DNA of 64,000 bases from Bacillota bacterium. GTDB lineage: Bacteria; Bacillota; Sulfobacillia; JACIYH01. The translations under genes were made by a program, and so were the position numbers. The DNA lies in NCBI GenBank assembly GCA_040757085.1, contig JBFLXJ010000011.1, forward strand, positions 36,086 through 100,085. The letters run 5' to 3'. How positions within the stretch are numbered: position 1 is the first letter of the stretch; each line of letters opens with the position of its first letter. The notes below the pieces were generated by a model. The model was not told the origin of the DNA and did no database searches. It worked only from the letters and a program-made list of their open reading frames with translations. Below are positions 56,111 through 64,000 of the stretch, piece by piece.

Positions 56111-57169
56111 GTGCGGTACATATGCATGTTATTGCTCCTGGTCGCCGTTACGGTGTTGGCCTGCGGATGCTTCCGGGGCGGGGGCGAGCCCGCCGTGCCC
56201 GCCCGGGGGCCGGAGGGCCCCCCGGGGGGCACAGCAGCCCAACCGGAGGTACCCAGGCGGCCCTGCCCCCTTTGCGGGCAGCCGGTTCCCGAAGGCCTGA
56301 TACATAGACGCCCTTTCGCCCTCATGATCGACAACGCCCCCCAGGCCCGCCCCCAATCCGGACTGGGGGAAGCGTGCCTGGTGTACGAGATGCTGGCGGA
56401 AGGCGGTATTACGCGTTTTCTGGCCTTCTACCTGCACCAGGACCCGCTCAGGGCTGGCCCCGTGCGCAGCGTGCGCCCCTACTTCCTCGACCTAGTCCTG
56501 CCCCTGGATGCCGTGCTGGGTCACGCGGGGGCAAGCGACCAGGGATTCGCGGACCTGCGGGCGCTGGGCGTACCTCACCTGGACGAGATATACGGAGGCG
56601 GGGAAGCTTACTGGCGGGTTTCCCCCTCGGAACGGAAGCCCCCCCACGCCACCTACACCTCGGGCGAGCTTTTCCGTGCCGCCATGGAGAAGCGGGGTTG
56701 GGAGAAAGAGGGACCGTTCCCGTCGCCGTTCCCCTTCCGGGACGCCGGGAAGGAAGGGCCGCCGGGCAAGGACGCCGTCCTGGTGACGGTATGGTACCCG
56801 GGAGGGTGGCAGGGATACCGGGTAAGTTATGCGTATGACAGGGACACGGGCAGATGGTTGCGCTCCGTGGATGATGAGCCCCATCGGGATACAGAAGGCC
56901 GCACCCTGTGGGCGCGCAACGTAATCGTACAGTTCGTCGAGATGCGGCAGATCCCCGGGGACAAACTCTTGCACATGGAAGCCAAGATGACCGGGCAGGG
57001 ACGGGTGGTCGTGTTCAGCGGGGGCAAGTACCGGGAGGGGATCTGGCGCAAGCAGAGCCGCAAGTCTCCGGTCGTGTACCGGGACGAAAAGGGCCATCCC
57101 CTGGAAGTGGAGCCCGGTCCCACCTGGGTGCTGGTGGTACCGGTGGGTACGAAGGTGGAGATCAGGTGA
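56111..57169 (+). CDS. DUF3048 domain lipoprotein (YerB-like)
   Basis: signal peptide with lipobox (LLVAVTVLACGCF); DUF3048-type body; stop overlaps era start (GTGA). Confidence 0.6.
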   Translation: MRYICMLLLLVAVTVLACGCFRGGGEPAVPARGPEGPPGGTAAQPEVPRRPCPLCGQPVPEGLIHRRPFALMIDNAPQARPQSGLGEACLVYEMLAEGGITRFLAFYLHQDPLRAGPVRSVRPYFLDLVLPLDAVLGHAGASDQGFADLRALGVPHLDEIYGGGEAYWRVSPSERKPPHATYTSGELFRAAMEKRGWEKEGPFPSPFPFRDAGKEGPPGKDAVLVTVWYPGGWQGYRVSYAYDRDTGRWLRSVDDEPHRDTEGRTLWARNVIVQFVEMRQIPGDKLLHMEAKMTGQGRVVVFSGGKYREGIWRKQSRKSPVVYRDEKGHPLEVEPGPTWVLVVPVGTKVEIR

Positions 57170-58086
57170 GCGGGGAGGGTGACGCTCTGGCGGAGGAGGC
57201 TTTCCGTTCCGGGTTCGTAGGGGTAGTGGGGCGTCCCAACGTGGGGAAATCCACACTGGTCAACGCTCTGGTCGGGCGCAAGGTGGCCATCGTTTCCGAG
57301 AAACCCCAAACCACCCGTAACCGCATCCTGGGGGTGCTCAACGGGTCCGGGTATCAGATGGTGTTCCTGGATACCCCCGGGATGATCGAGCCTCGCTGCG
57401 AACTGGACCAGTTCATGGTGAAGATCACCCGCGGCACGGTCAGCGACGTGGACGTGGTGCTCTTGGTGGTCGATGGCACCCAGAATCCCGGTCCCGGCGA
57501 GAGGGCGCTGGTGGCCAGTTTCCCCCGCAAGCCTGTGGCGGCGGTGCTGGCCGTCAATAAGGTCGACCTCCTCACCGGACCAAAGGTGGCGGCTGCCCTG
57601 GAGGCATACCGGGAACTGTATGCCTTCCGGCATGCGGTGGCCATTTCTGCCCTCCTGGGCACCAACCTGGATCTCTTGCGGGATGCGATTTACGACTGCC
57701 TGCCTCCGGGGCCCCGCTATTATCCCGAGGACCTGGTTACCGATCAGCCCGACCACTTTTACGTGGCTGAGGTCATCCGGGAGAAGGTGCTGGACCTGGT
57801 CCGAGACGAGGTACCCTATGCGGTGGCCGTGGTGGTGGAAGAAATTACGCCCCGGCGCGACGACCTGCTTTACATCAGGGCCTACCTCTATTGCGAACGG
57901 GCTGGCCAGCGGGGCATCCTGGTGGGACACAACGCGCGGGTCCTGAAGACGGCGGGGACCAGGGCGCGGCAGGAACTGGAGGCGTACTTCGGGAAGAAGA
58001 TATACCTCGACCTGTGGGTGAAGGTCAGGCGCGACTGGCGGGACGACCCCAGCACGCTGCAGCAACTGGGATACAGGTTGAAGTAG
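57166..58086 (+). CDS. era: GTPase Era
   Basis: G1 GRPNVGKST, G3 DTPG, G4 NKVD, C-terminal KH domain; GTG start. Confidence 0.9.
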   Translation: MSGEGDALAEEAFRSGFVGVVGRPNVGKSTLVNALVGRKVAIVSEKPQTTRNRILGVLNGSGYQMVFLDTPGMIEPRCELDQFMVKITRGTVSDVDVVLLVVDGTQNPGPGERALVASFPRKPVAAVLAVNKVDLLTGPKVAAALEAYRELYAFRHAVAISALLGTNLDLLRDAIYDCLPPGPRYYPEDLVTDQPDHFYVAEVIREKVLDLVRDEVPYAVAVVVEEITPRRDDLLYIRAYLYCERAGQRGILVGHNARVLKTAGTRARQELEAYFGKKIYLDLWVKVRRDWRDDPSTLQQLGYRLK

Positions 58087-58089
58087 GTC

Positions 58090-58854
58090 ATGGCCCTTTA
58101 TCACGTGGAAGCCATAATCCTGCGCAGCCGCGACGTGGGCGAGGCTGACCGCCTGGTCACCGCGTATTCCCTGGAAGAGGGAAAGCTGGCTGCCATCGCC
58201 AGGGGCGCCCGTCGTCCGGGAAGCAGGCTGGCGGCGGCGGTGCAACCCTTTGCCTGCGCCCGTCTCCTTCTCTGGCGGGGGAAGCGCCTGGACGTGGTCA
58301 CCCAGAGCCAGTTGCGGCAATCATTCCCCCGCCTCCGTTCCGACCTGGCCGGGGTGGCGGCGGCCAGCCTGCTCACGGAACTGGTGGACTCCTTCGCCCA
58401 GGAGCGCGACCCCGCCCCGTCTCTATTTGCGCTCCTGCGGGGCAGCCTGGCTGCCCTGGACGAGGCGGTGGGGGAAGCGGGGCGGTCGGTGGAGGCAGTG
58501 GTGTACGCCTTCGTGCTGGGCCTTCTGGCCCTGGCCGGGTACGCCCCGCGGCTGAGCCGTTGCGTATACTGCGGTGAGGATCCCGGGACAGGGGGTTGCT
58601 CCTTCGACGCCGGCGCGGGAGGGGTGGTGTGCGCGCGCTGCCGCGCCGGTAACCGTACTTCCCACCTGTCGGAAGCCTCCCGCAGGGTGCTGCTGCACCT
58701 GGCAGGTGCTTCCCCCCAGATGGCGTCCCGCCTTGCTGTGAGCCCGGGGACCATGGACGAGGTGCGGGCAGCGGTGGTGTCCTGCCTGGAGGTACGGCTG
58801 GATGCCCGACCGCGGGCCTGGGAATTCTGGTACCAGCAGGTGGGAAGGCGGTGA
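58090..58854 (+). CDS. recO: DNA repair protein RecO
   Basis: N-terminal OB-fold region MALYHVEAIILRSRDVGEADRLV..., C-terminal zinc motif CVYCG...CARC; conserved era-recO order. Confidence 0.85.
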   Translation: MALYHVEAIILRSRDVGEADRLVTAYSLEEGKLAAIARGARRPGSRLAAAVQPFACARLLLWRGKRLDVVTQSQLRQSFPRLRSDLAGVAAASLLTELVDSFAQERDPAPSLFALLRGSLAALDEAVGEAGRSVEAVVYAFVLGLLALAGYAPRLSRCVYCGEDPGTGGCSFDAGAGGVVCARCRAGNRTSHLSEASRRVLLHLAGASPQMASRLAVSPGTMDEVRAAVVSCLEVRLDARPRAWEFWYQQVGRR

Positions 58855-58860
58855 ATCCCC

Positions 58861-59856
58861 TTGCCCGCTGATCCGGTTGCGCCGGACGTGCGGCGGCTGG
58901 TGTTGCCCACCCCGTATGCCGTGGGCCCCGTCAACGCCTACCTTCTCCTGGGGTCGGAACCCACGCTCGTCGACGCCGGTCCCGCCACCCCGGAGGGGGT
59001 GGAGACCCTGCTTGCGGGGCTGGCAGCGGCAGGGATGGAGCCGGGGGACGTGCGCCGTGTGGTCGTCACCCACGCCCATCCCGACCACTACGGAGGGTTG
59101 GCCCTGCTCCAGGAGGCCGGCTGGGAGGTGGCCGCCCACCCCCGGGCCCTGCTGTGGATGTCGGGCGACCCGGTTTTGCTGGAAGCCCGGGTATCGTTCT
59201 ACCTGGGGTTCCTGCACCGGGCCGGGGTACCAGACAGGGTCCTGCGAGTCATGGAGCGACAAGGCCTGGGGCTGCGGCAGTACCCCCGGGGGGTCAGCGT
59301 GCACCGTTTCCTCGAGGAGGGCGACTTGGTGCCGGCCGGAGATGACCTGCTGGTGGTGCACCACACGCCGGGGCACGCCTCTTCGGCGCTCTGCCTGGAG
59401 CGTCCGCGGGACGGCCTGCTTTTCTCGGGGGATACCCTCCTGGGCCACATATCTTCCAACGCCGTCGTGGAGCCGGTGGATTCCTGGTCGGGGGAACGCC
59501 GGCACAGTTTACCCGAGTACCTGAGGACCCTGGCGCACCTCCAGACCATGGCGGTTCGTCTCGTGTTGCCCGGTCACGGCGACCCCATCTGCGACCCGGG
59601 TGAGCTGGTCTCGCGGCGCCTGAAGTTCTACGAGTTGCGCCGGGATCGGGTATTGGACCTCTTGCGGGCGGGTCCGGCTAGCGTGTACGCCCTCTCTCTT
59701 TCCCTGTTTCCCGATCTCGCGGAGGACCAGCTCTTCCTGGCGCTGTCCGAAACCGTGGGTTACCTCGACCTGCTGGAAGAAGAAGGGCTGGTGGGGCATA
59801 CCGCGCATGCTGGTGTGCATATGTATCACCGTATCCCCGGCGGGGCAGCGGTCTAG
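58861..59856 (+). CDS. MBL-fold metallo-hydrolase
   Basis: HxHxDH motif VVVTHAHPDHYGG and downstream His/Asp ligands. Confidence 0.7.
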   Translation: MPADPVAPDVRRLVLPTPYAVGPVNAYLLLGSEPTLVDAGPATPEGVETLLAGLAAAGMEPGDVRRVVVTHAHPDHYGGLALLQEAGWEVAAHPRALLWMSGDPVLLEARVSFYLGFLHRAGVPDRVLRVMERQGLGLRQYPRGVSVHRFLEEGDLVPAGDDLLVVHHTPGHASSALCLERPRDGLLFSGDTLLGHISSNAVVEPVDSWSGERRHSLPEYLRTLAHLQTMAVRLVLPGHGDPICDPGELVSRRLKFYELRRDRVLDLLRAGPASVYALSLSLFPDLAEDQLFLALSETVGYLDLLEEEGLVGHTAHAGVHMYHRIPGGAAV

Positions 59857-59895
59857 CCCGGCGTTCCGGGTGCTCATCAGAGGCAGGGGACGGGG

Positions 59896-61494
59896 ATGCC
59901 GGTCACGCTCACGTTTCTCGACGGTGTGGGGTGCATAGGAGGCACCAAGGTACTCCTGGAGGCGGACTCGGGAAGCCTGCTCCTCGACTTTGGGGTCAAC
60001 TTTGCTGCGGAACGGGCGTTCTTCGATGAGTTTCTCCGTCCCCGCGGTTCTGTGGGGATCGGTGACCTGCTGGAGCTGGGCCTCCTACCCCCGCTGCGGG
60101 GCATATACCGCCGCGACCTGGATCAGCCCGCCCGGCAGTGGTGGAGCCGGTTGGAGGGGCGACGAGGTTACCGCCAGGTGGAGGTGGCGGGTGTGCTCCT
60201 CAGCCACGCCCACCTCGACCACAGCGGGTACACATCCTTCCTGGAAGGCACCATCCCGGTCTTTACCGGCCTGGCGTCGGCGGTGATCGCCAAGGCGGTG
60301 CAGGACACCGTCCCCGGCACCATGGAGCGGGAAGTGGCCTATCTCACCCCGCGGGAAGAAAAGGAGGGCCTGCTGCGGGCGGTCGATTACCGCAAAGCTC
60401 CCGCCCGGCTGCGCCCCTTCGTGGTATTTTCCCCTGGGTTCACCGCTGCCCGCTCCCAGGCTGCTGCGGAGTTCTGGCTGCGACCAGCCGCCTCCCGCGA
60501 GCTGGAAGGGGATCCCCTACGGGTGGTGGAAGGCCGCGAGGCTCTAGTGGCGGGGATGCGCGTGCGCTGGTGGCCCGTGGATCACTCTGTGCCGGGTGCC
60601 GGTGCCTTCGCTGTCGAGACCCCGGCCGGATGGGTGGTGTACACCGGCGACCTGCGCCTGCACGGGTCGCGCGGTCACCTGACCCGGGCCTTCGCAGAGG
60701 AAGCTGCACGTCTGCAGCCCGCCCTGCTCCTCTGCGAGGGTACCCACCCCCGCACCGGGACCCCCGTGGGCGAAGAAGAGGTACGGCAGAGGGCGTGCGA
60801 GGCGATCCGTCGGGCGGAGGGGCTGGTGATCGCCGATTTCGGGCCCCGGCATGTGGAGCGCCTGCTCTCCTTCCTGGAGGCTGCCCGTGTTGCGGGGCGT
60901 CGGCTGGCGGTCACCGCCCGCGACGCGTACCTCCTGGAAGCGCTGCATGCAGCCGGAGAAGGCGATGCGCCCGACCCGTTTGGCGAGCCCTGCCTGGCGG
61001 TGTACTTCGAGGCCAAGGTGCAGCGGCCAGTATGGGAGCGCATCCTGATGGAGCGTTACCTGTCCTCGTGCCCGGACCGGGTGGTTTCCGCCCGCGAAGT
61101 CGCCGCCCGGCCGGGCGAGTACGTGTGCGCTTTCTCTTACTGGGACCTGAGCGAACTGGTGGACATTGCCCCGCGCGGGGGCACGTATATTTACTCATCC
61201 ACGGAGGCGTTCAACGAGGAAATGCACACGGACCTGGACCGCCTCCGCAACTGGATCTCCCACTTTGGCCTGCGTCTGCTCGGTGATCCGGGCGACCGCG
61301 CCGGCCAGGGCCGCGATCCCGGCTGGCACGCCAGCGGGCATATCCACGGCGCCGGCCTGGTGGAACTGGTAGAGACCATCCGCCCCCGCGCCCTGGTGCC
61401 CATCCATACGGAGGACCCGGCCTTCTTCCGGGAGAACCTGGGCCACCTCGCCCGGGTGGTCATCCCCGAGCCCGGCTCGACCCTCACGCTGTAA
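59896..61494 (+). CDS. MBL-fold metallo-hydrolase with beta-CASP-like C-terminal region (RNase J/CPSF-like layout)
   Basis: LLSHAHLDHSGY motif, C-terminal H-containing motifs (HASGHIHGAGLVELV; PIHTE). Confidence 0.65.
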   Translation: MPVTLTFLDGVGCIGGTKVLLEADSGSLLLDFGVNFAAERAFFDEFLRPRGSVGIGDLLELGLLPPLRGIYRRDLDQPARQWWSRLEGRRGYRQVEVAGVLLSHAHLDHSGYTSFLEGTIPVFTGLASAVIAKAVQDTVPGTMEREVAYLTPREEKEGLLRAVDYRKAPARLRPFVVFSPGFTAARSQAAAEFWLRPAASRELEGDPLRVVEGREALVAGMRVRWWPVDHSVPGAGAFAVETPAGWVVYTGDLRLHGSRGHLTRAFAEEAARLQPALLLCEGTHPRTGTPVGEEEVRQRACEAIRRAEGLVIADFGPRHVERLLSFLEAARVAGRRLAVTARDAYLLEALHAAGEGDAPDPFGEPCLAVYFEAKVQRPVWERILMERYLSSCPDRVVSAREVAARPGEYVCAFSYWDLSELVDIAPRGGTYIYSSTEAFNEEMHTDLDRLRNWISHFGLRLLGDPGDRAGQGRDPGWHASGHIHGAGLVELVETIRPRALVPIHTEDPAFFRENLGHLARVVIPEPGSTLTL

Positions 61495-61502
61495 CGCAGG
61501 TG

Positions 61503-62366
61503 TCAGCGCAGGCCCAGGTATTCGGCGATGTTGGCCCGCTCCACCTGCACTGGGCGGATCCTTCCGGTCAGAGAGGTCATCAGGGACGTCACCCCCGGCC
61601 CGTGACCCGAAGTGTAAGAGTCACTGTGGACCACGACGCCGATAATGACTGCTCCCCGGCGGTAGCTGCGTCCGTAGTACGAGGAAGCGTCCCGGATGGC
61701 CACAATGTCGCCCAGGCGGAGCCGGTCCAGCCCCAGTTCGCGCAGTCCCTCTTTCTCCATGGAGGTGATGTCGTAGTCGCCCCGCTCGGCGGCCGCCGAT
61801 CCCAGCCCGCTCCCCATGAACTCAGGGGGGACGATGCCCGCCACCGGCACCTCCAGGACGCCATTCTTCTCCTGGATACCCATCTTGTCCAGCAGGCGCG
61901 GGTCCAGGTTCATACACTTGACGTCGGGGTATCCCTCGATCTCCAGGCCCTGGCCCCACGCCCGCACCTGGATCTTATCGCCAATTACCAGCTTCTCCAG
62001 TACCTCGGGCGGGAAGTCGATGAGGACGTGCTCTATCCCCCCGTGCTTGCCCGTCACCACTCCTTTGGCCCCCTTGGCATCGCCCGAGACCACATAGGCA
62101 TCGTTGCCCACGCAGCACAGGGTGTTGTAGCCGTGGTTGGGGTTGTCGTCCTTGTTCCTGGTGCTTACACCGGGCTCCACGTGGTCACCCGCCCAGCCGA
62201 AGGCGGGGTCGCCCACCCTTACGTTGTAGGTGATGCCACCCGTAGCCGGCAGCACCCGGGCCACCCCGTCGTATCCCACCCGGTGCGGAGGCTGTGCTCC
62301 TCCCGGGCTCGATACCTCGCCCAGCACCGATATCATAACCAGCCGCTCCCTGTTCGTCTTCAGCAC
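61503..62366 (-). CDS. conserved hypothetical protein
   Basis: 287-aa ORF with coding-like composition, divergent from mrp; no family recognised with confidence. Confidence 0.5.
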   Translation of the reverse strand: MLKTNRERLVMISVLGEVSSPGGAQPPHRVGYDGVARVLPATGGITYNVRVGDPAFGWAGDHVEPGVSTRNKDDNPNHGYNTLCCVGNDAYVVSGDAKGAKGVVTGKHGGIEHVLIDFPPEVLEKLVIGDKIQVRAWGQGLEIEGYPDVKCMNLDPRLLDKMGIQEKNGVLEVPVAGIVPPEFMGSGLGSAAAERGDYDITSMEKEGLRELGLDRLRLGDIVAIRDASSYYGRSYRRGAVIIGVVVHSDSYTSGHGPGVTSLMTSLTGRIRPVQVERANIAEYLGLR

Positions 62367-62546
62367 ACGAACACCCCTCTCTCGCAGGTACGTGTATCAG
62401 GCTTCGCCACCCTGCCCCCGCCGACCTGCCGGCGCCGACGTGCGGTTCGTCAGTTTTCGCGGGCCGGGCAGGGATGCAGGGGGAAACTGAAGTAAGAGGG
62501 AGTAGGCAAGCTTGCCGCGCGATGTGCACATGGAGGAGAGAAGCAC

Positions 62547-63602
62547 ATGGTTTCACGGGAGCAGGTTCTGGAAGCACTTGGCAGGGTGATGGATCCGGAG
62601 CTCGGTCGCAGCCTCACCGAGCTGGGTATGGTCAGGAGTGTTCAGGTCGAGGGAGGGAAAGTGCGGGTGGGGGTGGCTCTCACCGTGCCGGGGTGCCCCC
62701 TGCGCAACAAGATCCGGGACGATGTGGTGGCCGAGGTCGGGCGTCTCCCTGGGGTAGAGGGGGTGGAGGTAGACCTGTCGGCCATGACCGACGCCGAGCG
62801 CGACGCCCTGGGTGAGCGGCTGCGGCGGGAGATGGCCCGTCCCACTGGCATCATGAGCCCCGCCTCCCGCACCCGGGTAATCGCAGTGGGTAGCGGCAAG
62901 GGGGGTGTGGGCAAGTCCACTGTCACCGTCAACCTGGCGGCGGCGCTGGCGGCAGCCGGCCGCGAGGTGGGCCTGCTCGACGCCGACATCCACGGCTTCA
63001 GCATTCCCCACCTGCTGGGGATCAATGGTACCCCCCGCGCCGAGAACGGGAGGATCATCCCCCTGGAGCGCCACGGCATGAAGGTGATGTCCATCGGCTT
63101 CTTCCTGCCCGAGGACCAGCCCATCATCTGGCGGGGCCCCCTGCTCATCCGGGCACTGCAGCAGATGCTCCAGGACGTAGAGTGGGGCGACCCCGAGTTC
63201 CTCTTCATCGACCTCCCGCCCGGAACCGGCGACATCCCCCTGTCGGTGACCCAGATGCTGCCCCGGAGTGCGCTGGTGCTGGTGACCACCCCCCAGCCCG
63301 CCTCGGTCCAGGTGGCCACCCGGGCGGGGGCCTTCGCCCGCCGGGCCCATCAGGAGATCCTGGGTGTGGTGGAGAACATGTCCTGCTTCATCTGCCCGGG
63401 GTGCGGTCGCCGCAGCTACGTGTTTGGCCGGGGTGGGGGAGAGGAGCTGGCACGGCACCTGGGCGTGCCTTTCCTGGGGGAAATTCCCCTCACAGAGGAG
63501 GTCCGCGCCGGTTCGGACCTGGGCCGACCGGTGGCCATCTACCAGGCGGACAGCGAGGCCGGACGCGCATTTGCTGCCATCGCCCGCCGACTGACGGGCT
63601 GA
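62547..63602 (+). CDS. mrp: Mrp/NBP35/ApbC family Fe-S cluster carrier ATPase with N-terminal DUF59 (MIP18) domain
   Basis: VIAVGSGKGGVGKSTVTVNLAAALA deviant Walker A, CxxC (CFICPGC), DUF59 N-terminus. Confidence 0.85.
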   Translation: MVSREQVLEALGRVMDPELGRSLTELGMVRSVQVEGGKVRVGVALTVPGCPLRNKIRDDVVAEVGRLPGVEGVEVDLSAMTDAERDALGERLRREMARPTGIMSPASRTRVIAVGSGKGGVGKSTVTVNLAAALAAAGREVGLLDADIHGFSIPHLLGINGTPRAENGRIIPLERHGMKVMSIGFFLPEDQPIIWRGPLLIRALQQMLQDVEWGDPEFLFIDLPPGTGDIPLSVTQMLPRSALVLVTTPQPASVQVATRAGAFARRAHQEILGVVENMSCFICPGCGRRSYVFGRGGGEELARHLGVPFLGEIPLTEEVRAGSDLGRPVAIYQADSEAGRAFAAIARRLTG

Positions 63603-63609
63603 CCTGGCA

Positions 63610-64000
63610 TTACGGCGCCTTCCTGGAAACGCGGTCTTGCTCTGCGGCGGCCCGGTCCTCTCGTTCCTCCGGATGACGGAGCAAATCGGTCAGATCTCGG
63701 GCGTTTTGCAGGGCAAACCCCTGGGCGTCGTTGTTGAAGTAAGCGAAGACGTCCCGGCCCCCCGCGCGCCACCGGGTGATTTTCTCCACCCAGGCCCTCA
63801 ACTCTTCCGTAGAGTAGCAGGAACTGTAAAGCCTGTGGCTGCCGTGAAAGCGGACGTACACGAAATCGGCAGTGACCTCCTCGCAGGAGGGCCAGCGGGG
63901 TGCGTCCGCCACGCACAGGGCCAGATTGCGCTGTCTCAGGAACTCATAGAGTTCTGGGGTGAACCAGCTCTGGTGCCGGAACTCGAAGGCGTGCCGGGTG
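63610..64000 (-). CDS. DUF72 family protein, second paralog (partial; 5' end beyond window)
   Basis: collinear with C-terminal half of the 30287-31144 DUF72 (FEFRHQSW..., DFVYVRFHG, DVFAYFNND); reading frame stays open to window edge. Confidence 0.65.
   Translation of the reverse strand, partial: TRHAFEFRHQSWFTPELYEFLRQRNLALCVADAPRWPSCEEVTADFVYVRFHGSHRLYSSCYSTEELRAWVEKITRWRAGGRDVFAYFNNDAQGFALQNARDLTDLLRHPEEREDRAAAEQDRVSRKAP

Noticed and set aside
1-64000. Scan for CRISPR arrays, tRNA/rRNA genes, IS elements or toxin-antitoxin pairs
   Set aside because: No regularly spaced direct repeats, no tRNA-like cloverleaf candidates in intergenic regions, and no transposase-like ORFs were seen. The only mobile-element hallmark is the serine recombinase.

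Overview
This is a very GC-rich (about 68-70%) chromosomal segment from a spore-forming, probably thermophilic, Firmicutes-like bacterium. A Bacillus-type conserved gene block is recognisable from 40.3 kb onward. No rRNA, tRNA or CRISPR array was found. A large serine recombinase is the only overt mobile-element gene.

The window has three parts.

(i) 0.1-28.6 kb is an accessory-looking catabolic region.
- Enzymes: D-aminoacylase, two opine-dehydrogenase paralogs, an S12 D-aminopeptidase-like serine hydrolase, an S9 peptidase, proline-racemase and ornithine-cyclodeaminase family enzymes, and amidohydrolases.
- Transport and regulation: a Dpp/Opp-type uptake system that lacks ATPase genes, a complete Liv-type ABC transporter, and a GntR regulator.
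- A multi-subunit flavoprotein/Fe-S dehydrogenase related to HcnABC/opine oxidase/archaeal dye-linked proline dehydrogenase, with tandem beta-subunit paralogs.
- A solitary large serine recombinase sits where the Dpp/Opp-type operon is truncated.

(ii) 28.7-40.2 kb holds housekeeping genes.
- DNA and tRNA: a TtuA-like tRNA thiolase; a family-4 uracil-DNA glycosylase translationally coupled to a DUF72 gene downstream of dnaE.
- Others: a CBS/ACT protein, L-lactate dehydrogenase and a DUF362 protein.
- A clear SAM-I riboswitch with its own sigma-A promoter and terminator controls an archaeal-type homocysteine biosynthesis pair (COG1900 fused to a ferredoxin domain, plus COG2122).

(iii) 40.3-64 kb is the Bacillus-type conserved block.
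- Promoter, then a perfect CIRCE operator, then hrcA.
- In place of grpE-dnaK there is an archaeal-type group II (thermosome-like) chaperonin and a 96-aa Hsp70/DnaK-like fragment, followed by dnaJ.
- Then rsmE, mtaB, ddl, HIT, rpsU, a DUF342 protein, yqfC, yqfD, phoH, pgpH/yqfF, ybeY, DUF502, DUF3048, era, recO, two MBL-fold hydrolases, a hypothetical protein, mrp/apbC and a second DUF72 paralog cut by the window edge.

The thermosome-for-GrpE/DnaK substitution under HrcA/CIRCE control and the riboswitch-controlled homocysteine module are the most unusual features. Start codons are often GTG/TTG. Many long antisense ORFs in the six-frame track are GC artefacts.
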